The position numbers were made by a program, and so were the translations under genes. The notes beneath the pieces are model-generated. The model searched no databases. It was not told the origin of the DNA and saw nothing but the letters and a program-made list of their open reading frames with translations. Positions 56,278 through 64,000 of a stretch of 64,000 nt of DNA are shown piece after piece. Where the stretch lies: the NCBI GenBank assembly GCA_964230645.1, contig CAXRHT010000001.1, positions 32,001-96,000 of the forward strand, given 5' to 3'. Source of the stretch: Bdellovibrionales bacterium. Its GTDB lineage: Bacteria > Bdellovibrionota > Bdellovibrionia > Bdellovibrionales > JAGQZY01. Each line of letters begins with the position of its first letter. The stretch's first letter is position 1.

Positions 56278-57717
56278 TTAAGAGAAAACTTGTTCAATGA
56301 TCTTGGGAAGATCCTTAAGCATTAAGTCTGGAGTGGTGCGCTTTCTTCTTTGACTCCCCAGCAGACGATGCACTCCAACTCCCGCGCAGGCCGCATCCAC
56401 ACTACTCAACCCTTGAGCCATAAAAGAGGCAATGATTCCCGCTAGAATATCCCCGGAGCCTGCCACTGCAAGAGAGGTTTCATTCCAGTCCGTGATCCAA
56501 GTTTTTTGCTGACAAATAAGCGTATCGTAACCTTTTGCTACAACCACAGCGGAAGTTTCATGATTCAGTTTTTTTGCTCTCTCAAGCTTTGTGAGTCCCT
56601 CCTCTTCAATCATTCGACTGAGCTCTCCGGTATGAGGTGTGAGTACAACATTTGAGTTTTTGAACTCTTTTAAAAGTTCTAAGCTTTCCTGATTTAAAGC
56701 CCCCCCATCAAGAAGAATTTTACGATCCGTTTTTAACAATTCATCAAAATCTTCTATAGAGAGATCCCAACCTGGCCCCAAAACAAGGGCATCACTATCC
56801 GAGTCTGAAAGCAAAGAGGTCAGTTTTTTGCCCCCACCATAAGGGCGAAAAACAAGTGATGGATGCTCGATTTGACAGTCCTTAATTAAACTCTCAGGAC
56901 AATAAACTTCAACATAACCGGCTCCGCTGAGCTGAGAGGCCTTAGCAGTCATCAAAGCGGCTCCTGGGTAGGTTTCACAAAGAACCACACCCACCTTACC
57001 GCGTTTGTATTTATGCACCTGAGCACTTCTGGATATTTTATCGAGAAAGTGGGAGGGCTCCGGGAGACAAAAAAATGTTTGTTGAAATTTTGAGACTCTT
57101 TGTGAGATGGGACCGACTCCAATCACGTGACTGATTCCACATTGCTCTTTTCCGGGAAAGAGTAACAGTCCTGGCTTCAAGCACCCAATGGTGAGAGTGT
57201 GTTGAGCCTGAAAACAAGGCTCGTATGTTTTGCCAGTCGTCCCATCCACTCCGCTTGGGATATCAATACTTATTTTTAAGAGGTTATTTGTACTATTGGC
57301 TTCACTCACCCACCGAGAGGCCTCGCCTCTTAAGTCACTATGAATACCGATTCCAAAAAGAGCATCCACACAAACCGAGGTTTTCTCTAAGCTAAAGTCT
57401 TTTTTGATCACTGAAGAAAGTTTTTTTAAATAATGAGCCCTGGCAGAGTTGACATCCTCCGGGTCCGACTGGGCTAAAACAAACACCTCAATGGAATAAT
57501 TGTGATTCAATAATTTAAGAGCTAAAGAAAGACCATCATTGCCATTGTTTCCTGGCCCCACCAGAATTGATATAGTTTGCTCTTTAGAAATATTATTTTC
57601 AAACCACTTGAAGAGACTTTCACCGACAAGGTCTAAGACCTCTTTTAAATCAAGAGAGTCTAAAAGCTCCTTATCAAGCTCTTCTACTTCTTCAGGACTC
57701 AGTAGAGGTTTTGACAA
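56278..57717 (-). CDS. nnr: Bifunctional NAD(P)HX epimerase/dehydratase (NnrE-NnrD, YjeF)
   Basis: VGPGNNGNDG, VDALFGIG, SIDIPSG, HKYKRG, LGPG, LTPHTGE and AGSGDILAG. Confidence 0.92.
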   Translation of the reverse strand: MSKPLLSPEEVEELDKELLDSLDLKEVLDLVGESLFKWFENNISKEQTISILVGPGNNGNDGLSLALKLLNHNYSIEVFVLAQSDPEDVNSARAHYLKKLSSVIKKDFSLEKTSVCVDALFGIGIHSDLRGEASRWVSEANSTNNLLKISIDIPSGVDGTTGKTYEPCFQAQHTLTIGCLKPGLLLFPGKEQCGISHVIGVGPISQRVSKFQQTFFCLPEPSHFLDKISRSAQVHKYKRGKVGVVLCETYPGAALMTAKASQLSGAGYVEVYCPESLIKDCQIEHPSLVFRPYGGGKKLTSLLSDSDSDALVLGPGWDLSIEDFDELLKTDRKILLDGGALNQESLELLKEFKNSNVVLTPHTGELSRMIEEEGLTKLERAKKLNHETSAVVVAKGYDTLICQQKTWITDWNETSLAVAGSGDILAGIIASFMAQGLSSVDAACAGVGVHRLLGSQRRKRTTPDLMLKDLPKIIEQVFS

Positions 57718-57728
57718 TAAAGTCTCCT

Positions 57729-59450
57729 TTAATTGGCGGGGCTAGGCTCATCCTCGCTGTCATCTTCTGTAGAATCACTAAAGGGATCAAAGGTTTCAAA
57801 AGAATCATCACCCTCGGAGTCGGCCTGAGCCTGTACACTCTCTTCCACTTCACCATCAGCTGGCGGCTCGGAGATTTCAATTTGGTTATCAGGATGGAGC
57901 TCTTCGCTACCGGCCTGCATAGTGGCCTCTTCGCTTGACTCACTCTCAGGCTCAGAGAGAGGAAGATTGTTTTCCTCAGCGAGTGAGTCCTCACTTTCTG
58001 ATTGCTCGTCTTTGAGTTCCAATTCTTCGTCTCTTGCCATGGTGTCGGCATCAATCAAATTTTCTGTTGTTAACTTTGAAAGCTCACCTGTTAAACTCTC
58101 ACCACTTGGGATCAGCTCATCGGGCCTATCGGCCTCATTCTCTCCGGCTTCTTGTTCACTCTCAAGCGCAGCGGCTTCTGCTTTGGCTTGTTCAGCGGCT
58201 TCTTTTTCAGCCTGCATTTCTTCTAACTTTTTGTCGTATCTTTCAAGCCACTTCACATCTTTGGTTTCTACTTCTTCACCAACATCTAAAGCTTCACGAA
58301 TATCACGGGCACGATCACGGTCTCGCTTCTCTTTCTGGCGACGTTTTTCTTCTTCAAAAAACTCAGAGGAAGTATCAATACCCTCAAGTGTATCTTCAAT
58401 TTTTGTAAGCTCTTCTTCTCCCTCGGAGTAGTTCCCTTGATAATCCTCAGAAAGACTTTCAGTCACATCACTGAGTTTTTCGTCCTCTTCTTCAATACCG
58501 ATACCATCGGGCAATAACTGATCGATCTCATCAAGCGAAGGAAGCTCTCTTAAATTTCTAAGACCAAAAATTTCAAGAAACTTTCTAGTGGTTCCATACT
58601 GCATGGGCTTTCCGGGAAGCTCACTTTTGCCTTGAAAGTTTACAAGATTTTTTTCCATCAGTGCGCGCACTAAGTGGCCAGACTCCACCCCACGAATTTC
58701 ATCAATTTCACTTTTAATAATGGGTTGCTTGTAGGCAATAATGGACATCACCTCCAGAGCCGGACCAGAGAGTCTAAAAGGTTTGGCTTTACCAAGTTTT
58801 CTTAGAAAATCGAGATTGTCGACTTTTGTTCGAAGCTGCCAACCACCGTTGATTTCCTCAAGGCTCACCCCACGGGCCGGATCGGCATAAACAGATTGTA
58901 GCTCTTCAAGCGCTTTTTTAATGTCTTTGGTTTTAAAAGTGGTTCCTTTAAAAACCGTTTTAAAAGTTCCGATCCCTAGAGGCCTTTCAGACGCAAAAAG
59001 CAGACTTTCAATAATGGAAAGAGCCTGGTTTTGTTCTACGAACTCTTTTGTGTCATCTTCGATCAACTCAAGATTTTCTTCATCCTCATCGTCATCTCTT
59101 GAGGCTTCCATCTCCGTTTGGGTTTCTTCTTCACTCTCAGGACTTTCTTCCTCAGAACTCAAAGCCTCCAGTTTTTCCTCATTATCATCTGAACTGGCTT
59201 CTATAGTGGAGTCTGTATCATCATCAGCTAAAGCTTGGTCCAATTCGTTTTCAGCCTCACTGGCTTCAAGAACTTCTTCGTTTGTATCAGGAGAGTTTTC
59301 ATCATCAGTCTCTTCGATAAAGTCCATAGAGGCTCCCGCCATTTCGATAGAGTCCATGACTTTTTCCAAAACCTCAGAGTCTTTCTTTTCTTCTTTTTGG
59401 TTCTTTTTACTTTTCTTAGATTTCTTATTTACTTTTTCCTGACTCGTCAT
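57729..59450 (-). CDS. scpB: SMC-Scp complex subunit ScpB with long acidic N- and C-terminal extensions
   Basis: IESLLFAS, GGWQLRT, LSGPALEVMSIIAYKQP, IDEIRGV and GKPMQYGTTRKFLEIFGLRNLRELP. Confidence 0.95.
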   Translation of the reverse strand: MTSQEKVNKKSKKSKKNQKEEKKDSEVLEKVMDSIEMAGASMDFIEETDDENSPDTNEEVLEASEAENELDQALADDDTDSTIEASSDDNEEKLEALSSEEESPESEEETQTEMEASRDDDEDEENLELIEDDTKEFVEQNQALSIIESLLFASERPLGIGTFKTVFKGTTFKTKDIKKALEELQSVYADPARGVSLEEINGGWQLRTKVDNLDFLRKLGKAKPFRLSGPALEVMSIIAYKQPIIKSEIDEIRGVESGHLVRALMEKNLVNFQGKSELPGKPMQYGTTRKFLEIFGLRNLRELPSLDEIDQLLPDGIGIEEEDEKLSDVTESLSEDYQGNYSEGEEELTKIEDTLEGIDTSSEFFEEEKRRQKEKRDRDRARDIREALDVGEEVETKDVKWLERYDKKLEEMQAEKEAAEQAKAEAAALESEQEAGENEADRPDELIPSGESLTGELSKLTTENLIDADTMARDEELELKDEQSESEDSLAEENNLPLSEPESESSEEATMQAGSEELHPDNQIEISEPPADGEVEESVQAQADSEGDDSFETFDPFSDSTEDDSEDEPSPAN

Positions 59451-60739
59451 GAGATGGTCCCCTTGTCCGCATGATCTTCGTTGTCGTTTAATTCTTGAGC
59501 GCTGGTGTTTTCCTCAGAGGGCTCACTCAAGGCCAACTCTTCAGCACTCACTGACTCTTGCAAGCTCACAGTCTCAGGCTCTGATCCTGGGCCCTCTTCA
59601 TCTTGGCTTGGCGTTAAATCCTCAACCTCTTGTGCCTCTTCCTGGCTAGCCACTTCTAAAGCTTGCTCTTTCACGGAAGCCTCAGTGACGTCTTCTGGGC
59701 CAGATTCGTTTTCCATTTCACTGGAGTTTCTTAAGGCCTGTAAACTTTCATCATGACTCGCCTGAAAAGGGCTCTCTTCTTTGATATCGAGCTCTTCTTC
59801 GGCTTTAAGGATGTCATCATCACTGGCCATATCAAAGCTTTCTCCGTCTTCAGAGTTTTCTTCGCTCAGCTCATCACTATTATCGTCATCTTCTGCAGAG
59901 GCCACCATTTGCTCGGCCTTTTCAAAAGCCTCCTCTTGAGCTTCTTCCATCAGGCGGTCGGCGGTTTGCTCAGAAGCGCCTGAGTCGTACTCTTCCACAC
60001 GCTCCACGGACTCTAGGGTGATTTCTCGTTTGGCCGTTAAATAAATGTCTCCATAAACTTCTGCCTGATAAACGGAAACAAGGCCCATCTTCCCCATCTC
60101 TAGGCAGGAAAGAAAGGTGATTAAAAGCTCCTCTTTGGCTTCTTCAACACTGGTCAGAAGATCGCGCATAAGAACCCTTTGCCCCACGACAAACTTTTCT
60201 TTCATCTCCATGATTCGACCAGCAATGGAGCGAGTTTTCCTGGCCACTTTATGAATGGCTTTTTTCATTTTTCTTACGGAATTTCGATAATGAGCAATTA
60301 GAGAAAAAAGTCCGCCCTCATCAAGAATGATCTCGCCTTCTTCATCGGAATGGAAGTTTCTTCCTTTTCCACGGCGATAGACATCGCGCCCTAAGAGAGG
60401 TCTTTCATAAAGTTTTTTTGAGGCCTCTTGAAACTTTTGATACTCGATCAAGCGTTCGACGAGCTCTTTTCTAGGGTCTTCCACCTCGTCTTCTTCCCCT
60501 TCCTCATTGTAGTTGGGAAGAAGCATTTTTGATTTGATCTGAATGAGGGTAGCCGCCATGGCAATAAAGTCGCCGGCCACTTCAAGATCAAACTGTTTCA
60601 TCTTTTTGATATATTCCAAGTATTGAGAGGTAATCAGTTGGACATCGATATCAAAGATGTCCATCTCTTCCTTGCGAATCAAATAAAGCAGTAGACCCAG
60701 AGGTCCTTCAAATTGTGGGATATGGATAGATAAATTCAC
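59447..60739 (-). CDS. scpA: Segregation and condensation protein A (kleisin) with an acidic C-terminal extension
   Basis: FEGPLGLLLYLI, ITSQYLEYI, FIAMAATLIQIKSKMLLP, DPRKELVERLIEY and TFLSCLEM. Confidence 0.95.
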   Translation of the reverse strand: MNLSIHIPQFEGPLGLLLYLIRKEEMDIFDIDVQLITSQYLEYIKKMKQFDLEVAGDFIAMAATLIQIKSKMLLPNYNEEGEEDEVEDPRKELVERLIEYQKFQEASKKLYERPLLGRDVYRRGKGRNFHSDEEGEIILDEGGLFSLIAHYRNSVRKMKKAIHKVARKTRSIAGRIMEMKEKFVVGQRVLMRDLLTSVEEAKEELLITFLSCLEMGKMGLVSVYQAEVYGDIYLTAKREITLESVERVEEYDSGASEQTADRLMEEAQEEAFEKAEQMVASAEDDDNSDELSEENSEDGESFDMASDDDILKAEEELDIKEESPFQASHDESLQALRNSSEMENESGPEDVTEASVKEQALEVASQEEAQEVEDLTPSQDEEGPGSEPETVSLQESVSAEELALSEPSEENTSAQELNDNEDHADKGTIS

Positions 60740-61395
60740 AGGCCTCCCAAAGAGATTACGAATTGCCAGGAAGATTCAACAATTAAAATTAATGGATAAG
60801 CAATGTAACGGAAAAGTCCGGAGATAATCAACACCATCAATCCAATTTGAAGATGATTTTGATAATCTTCGAGCCAACGGTTCCAGTGATAGGGTAAAAA
60901 ACGAGCTAAAATTTTTCCACCATCCAAGGGATGAAGAGGAATCAGGTTAAAAAAGGCAAGAACCACATTAAGCATCAAGAAAATTCTCATCATTGAATAA
61001 AGTGGAGAATTAAAGGGCACCTCGATCACATGCACCATCAGCCCAAAAACGAAAAGACCCACAATAAATAAAAGAATGTTCGACATGGGGCCGGCGAGCG
61101 CCACCCAGAACATATCGTTTTTGGCATCTTTTAAATTTCTTGGATTCACCGGCACTGGCTTAGCCCATCCAAATAAAAAAGGAACGTGGGTAACGATCAT
61201 TAGGACCGGTAAACCAATGGTTCCAATCCAATCGATATGAGGAAGAGGATTCATGGTGAGTCGCCCCATCATCTCGGCTGTGTTGTCGCCTCTCATTTTA
61301 GCGACAAAACCATGGGCGAACTCGTGAAAACACAGCGCGAACAGGAACGGGGGTAAGAACAAAGCAATACTAATCAGAGTTTCCATTGGATCCAT
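60736..61395 (-). CDS. Site-2 protease family protein (peptidase M50)
   Basis: HEFAH, GRLTMNPLPHID, GWAKPVPVN, VALAGPMSN and FNLIPLHPLDG. Confidence 0.95.
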   Translation of the reverse strand: MDPMETLISIALFLPPFLFALCFHEFAHGFVAKMRGDNTAEMMGRLTMNPLPHIDWIGTIGLPVLMIVTHVPFLFGWAKPVPVNPRNLKDAKNDMFWVALAGPMSNILLFIVGLFVFGLMVHVIEVPFNSPLYSMMRIFLMLNVVLAFFNLIPLHPLDGGKILARFLPYHWNRWLEDYQNHLQIGLMVLIISGLFRYIAYPLILIVESSWQFVISLGGL

Positions 61396-61625
61396 AGGAA
61401 AACTCTAGCCCAAAGGCTTAGGGCTGTCCACACCGCAAACCCGGGATTTTCCAGTTTTTTTGCACTGATATTGAGCAGATAAGCCCCCGCTATTTTGAAT
61501 CTGAGGCTCGTTTGAGCAATATGAGCTTTTGGCACTTTTTGGAGTCATTTAAATAGGCACGAATTATGGCTAGAATTTCGGGCTCGGATTTTTAATTTTC
61601 CTCCAATCGACGTTAGAATAAGGAG

Positions 61626-62870
61626 GTGAAATACGTTCTTGCTGTTCTACTTTTGCTCTCTCCCCTCTCCCTTTTCGCCGCCTACGGAAATTTCAATACG
61701 GTCTTAATCGGTGAGCAAGCTTCGGGAATGGGTGGGGCTTACACTGCTATGAGTGGAGACTCCTCCTCCTCAGGATTTTATAATCCCGCTTCCCTGGTAA
61801 AATTGAGTGGAACCGACATCTCAGCTTCGGCCACCCTCTTTAATAAATACGACACCACTTACGGTGAGGGACAAAACTTTCTAGACGCTGGGGAAAGAGT
61901 GAACCGCGGCTTTTTTAGAACTCTCCCCTCTGCAATAGGAAACGTTTACCGCTGGAAAAAGTGGGCCTTTGGATTCAGTATTGTGGTTCCAGACTACGAC
62001 TTTTTCTCTGGGCGCTTGGCTGATGGACCTAACAAACAATCCCATCTCAGCTACACCGACGAGAGCCTATGGAGCGGGATTGTAGGCTCCTATAAAGCGA
62101 GTCCCAATGAAAGTTTTGGAATCTCTCTTTACTATACGGCTCGAAGCCTCATTCGCTCCACCCTGGATCGAACCATTGTTTCGCCCGCCCGAGAAATCAT
62201 CACCACTGAAGAAAAAAGCATTAAGCATAACGGAATCGTCATGGTTCTAGGCTACCTTTGGGACATCAACCCCAAGTGGTCCTTTGGCACCTCTATTCGC
62301 CCTCCGGCTCTGAGTATTTCAGGGCAGGGTTCTTTTTATCAAAACGTCACCGACACGGCCAACCTGCCCAGTGAAAGCATTCAAATTAGAAACGCGAGCG
62401 CTAAAACCTATATTCCCCCGCGCTACTCTTTGGGCTTTGTTTATCGACCCACAGCAGACCTGACCCTTTCACTGGATGGTAAGTACTACCTCGGCCACTC
62501 CTATCAGGATATGGATGTCCCGCAGGCAGCCGATCAAATCAACCACGTCGACACATGGAACGCTTCCCTTGGGATGGAAATGAAGTTCAGAGACCCTAAC
62601 TTCAACTGGCGTCTTGGGGTCTTTACCAATAACTCTTCCATGGCCGAAATTCCTGAAAACCCCACTGAGCGCGTGGGAGAGCGTATGCAGCTTTACGGTT
62701 TTTCAACCAACGTTAATTTTTTAGTGTCCGAGCACTCCAGCTACACCCTAGGGGGCTTTTACTCGGGCGGAAATGGTAAAAGTGCCCAAATAACAGGAAA
62801 CCAACTCACCCGCCTTGATAAAACCCACCATATTTTTTCTCTTCTTATTTCCACCTCCTACCAGTTTTAG
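61626..62870 (+). CDS. OmpP1/FadL/TodX-family outer-membrane transporter
   Basis: RBS AGGAG before GTG, signal peptide, GEQASGMGGAYTA...FYNPASL (hatch motif), C-terminal YQF. Confidence 0.8.
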   Translation: MKYVLAVLLLLSPLSLFAAYGNFNTVLIGEQASGMGGAYTAMSGDSSSSGFYNPASLVKLSGTDISASATLFNKYDTTYGEGQNFLDAGERVNRGFFRTLPSAIGNVYRWKKWAFGFSIVVPDYDFFSGRLADGPNKQSHLSYTDESLWSGIVGSYKASPNESFGISLYYTARSLIRSTLDRTIVSPAREIITTEEKSIKHNGIVMVLGYLWDINPKWSFGTSIRPPALSISGQGSFYQNVTDTANLPSESIQIRNASAKTYIPPRYSLGFVYRPTADLTLSLDGKYYLGHSYQDMDVPQAADQINHVDTWNASLGMEMKFRDPNFNWRLGVFTNNSSMAEIPENPTERVGERMQLYGFSTNVNFLVSEHSSYTLGGFYSGGNGKSAQITGNQLTRLDKTHHIFSLLISTSYQF

Positions 62871-62980
62871 GCCCTTTAGAGGCGCCTCTCACTGCACCCC
62901 GAATTGACTTTTCTCCAGTCCTTTTAAATAAATGGGCCATCAATTCCTATCAAATCCGTTGAAGGTTAAGGAGAAAAGAA

Positions 62981-64000
62981 ATGAGCCAACCCGCTATTAC
63001 TACCTGGAGTGAAGACGAAAAAGCCTTTCGCATGGCGATCCGTGAGTTCGCCGAGTCCGTGATCAAACCCAAAGTTCACGAAATGGACAAGAACCAACAG
63101 ATGGACCCTGAAATTGTTCAGCAACTTTTTCAAATGGGACTTATGGGTATCGAGTCTCCTGAGAAATTTGGAGGAGCCGAGTCCTCTTTTACGATGGCTT
63201 GTATCGCCATTGAAGAATTAGGAAGAATTGATGGATCGGTTTCTGTTCTTTGTGACGTACAAAATACTCTTGTAACCAACGCTTTCCTTAATTACGCCAA
63301 TGAGGAAATGAAAGAAAAATATCTTCCAAAACTCGCGAGCGAATGGGTGGGAGCCTACGCACTCTCAGAGAGTGGTTCAGGTTCCGATGCCTTTGCTCTT
63401 GGTTTAAAAGCCGAGGATAAAGGAGACAAATACGTTCTTAATGGTCACAAACTTTGGATCACGAACGGAAAAGAAGCGAGCCTATTCTTGGTTTTCGCCA
63501 ACCTTAATCCCGAGGCTGGCTACAAAGGTATTACCGGCTTTATCGTTGAAAAAGATTTCCCTGGTTTTTCCGTGGGTAAAAAAGAAGACAAGCTTGGAAT
63601 CCGCGCAAGCTCCACTTGCGAACTTCTTTTCGAGAACTGTGAAGTTCCCAAAGGAAACATCATCGGTGAAGTGGGTAAAGGTTATAAAATTGCTATTGAA
63701 ACACTGAACGAGGGCCGCATTGGAATTGGGGCTCAAATGATCGGTATTGCACAAGGCGCTTACGAAGCCGCTTTAAACTACGTGCAAGGTCGTGAACAGT
63801 TTGGAAAACCATTAGCAAAGTTTCAAGGCATTCAATTTCAACTGGCTGAAATGAGAACCGAACTTGAGGCCGCGAAACTGATGGTTTACAACGCCGCAAG
63901 ACTCAAAGACTCCGGTGAAGATTTTATTAAAGAGGCCGCGATGGCCAAGCTCTTCTCTTCGCAAGCTGCAGAGAAAATTACCTCCCTTGCCATTGATCTC
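62981..64000 (+). CDS. Acyl-CoA dehydrogenase (short/branched-chain type), truncated by the window end
   Basis: Not in the ORF track because there is no stop in the window. RBS AAGGAG, then MSQPAITTWSEDEKAFRMAIREFA...GAYALSESGSGSDA...NGHKLWITNG...KLGIRASST...LNEGRIGIGAQ...REQFGKP. Confidence 0.95.
   Translation, partial: MSQPAITTWSEDEKAFRMAIREFAESVIKPKVHEMDKNQQMDPEIVQQLFQMGLMGIESPEKFGGAESSFTMACIAIEELGRIDGSVSVLCDVQNTLVTNAFLNYANEEMKEKYLPKLASEWVGAYALSESGSGSDAFALGLKAEDKGDKYVLNGHKLWITNGKEASLFLVFANLNPEAGYKGITGFIVEKDFPGFSVGKKEDKLGIRASSTCELLFENCEVPKGNIIGEVGKGYKIAIETLNEGRIGIGAQMIGIAQGAYEAALNYVQGREQFGKPLAKFQGIQFQLAEMRTELEAAKLMVYNAARLKDSGEDFIKEAAMAKLFSSQAAEKITSLAIDL

Noticed and set aside
57922..59756. 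Ser-rich plus-strand ORFs (169, 173 and 83 aa)
   Set aside because: They are antisense shadows of the Glu/Asp-rich scpA/scpB codons.
63441..63899. Three short ORFs listed at the window end
   Set aside because: All lie within the acyl-CoA dehydrogenase frame that starts at 62981 and runs off the window.
1..64000. Prophage, IS transposase, integron or anti-phage defence genes; tRNA/rRNA genes
   Set aside because: I recognised no integrase, transposase, nuclease, reverse transcriptase or structural phage motifs in the ORFs and saw no cloverleaf or rRNA sequence. A tRNAscan/Infernal/DefenseFinder run would be needed to exclude divergent cases.

Overview
A 64-kb chromosomal window with no rRNA, tRNA, CRISPR array, transposase or phage genes that I could recognise. 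The gene content (many exported proteins with xQNC/xMNC-type lipoboxes, a MIDAS/vWA lipoprotein, DUF1501-type and cytochrome c clusters, acid-extended ScpA/ScpB) suggests a Bdellovibrionota-like organism; this is inference only. Housekeeping genes include mltF (3' end), an RND permease plus TolC, marC, an IMPDH/GMPR enzyme, trhO, srkA, terC, sua5, yceD, gpmA, psd, nnr, scpAB, an M50 protease, a FadL-like transporter and an acyl-CoA dehydrogenase (5' part). The most notable structure is a ~9-kb signalling island (8563-17373). A sigma54 activator, an exported protein and a hybrid histidine kinase are flanked by two outward-facing operons. Each operon starts at a perfect TGGCAC-N5-TTGCT promoter, shares an upstream TGGGGCA-N3-TGCCCCA-like palindrome, and reads 'stand-alone receiver, then HPF/RaiA-like protein'. 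The island also holds a stand-alone Hpt paralogue that lacks its phospho-His. Other points of interest are a YHS/tri-cytochrome c/YceI/heme-motif barrel operon, a DUF1501-like/cytochrome c operon next to a repeat-bearing subtilase, a family of palindromic REP-like repeats with tandem tails, an unannotated 17-codon ORF with an extended Shine-Dalgarno sequence and its own terminator, and two candidate structured RNAs. All family assignments come from motif recognition by eye, not from database searches.
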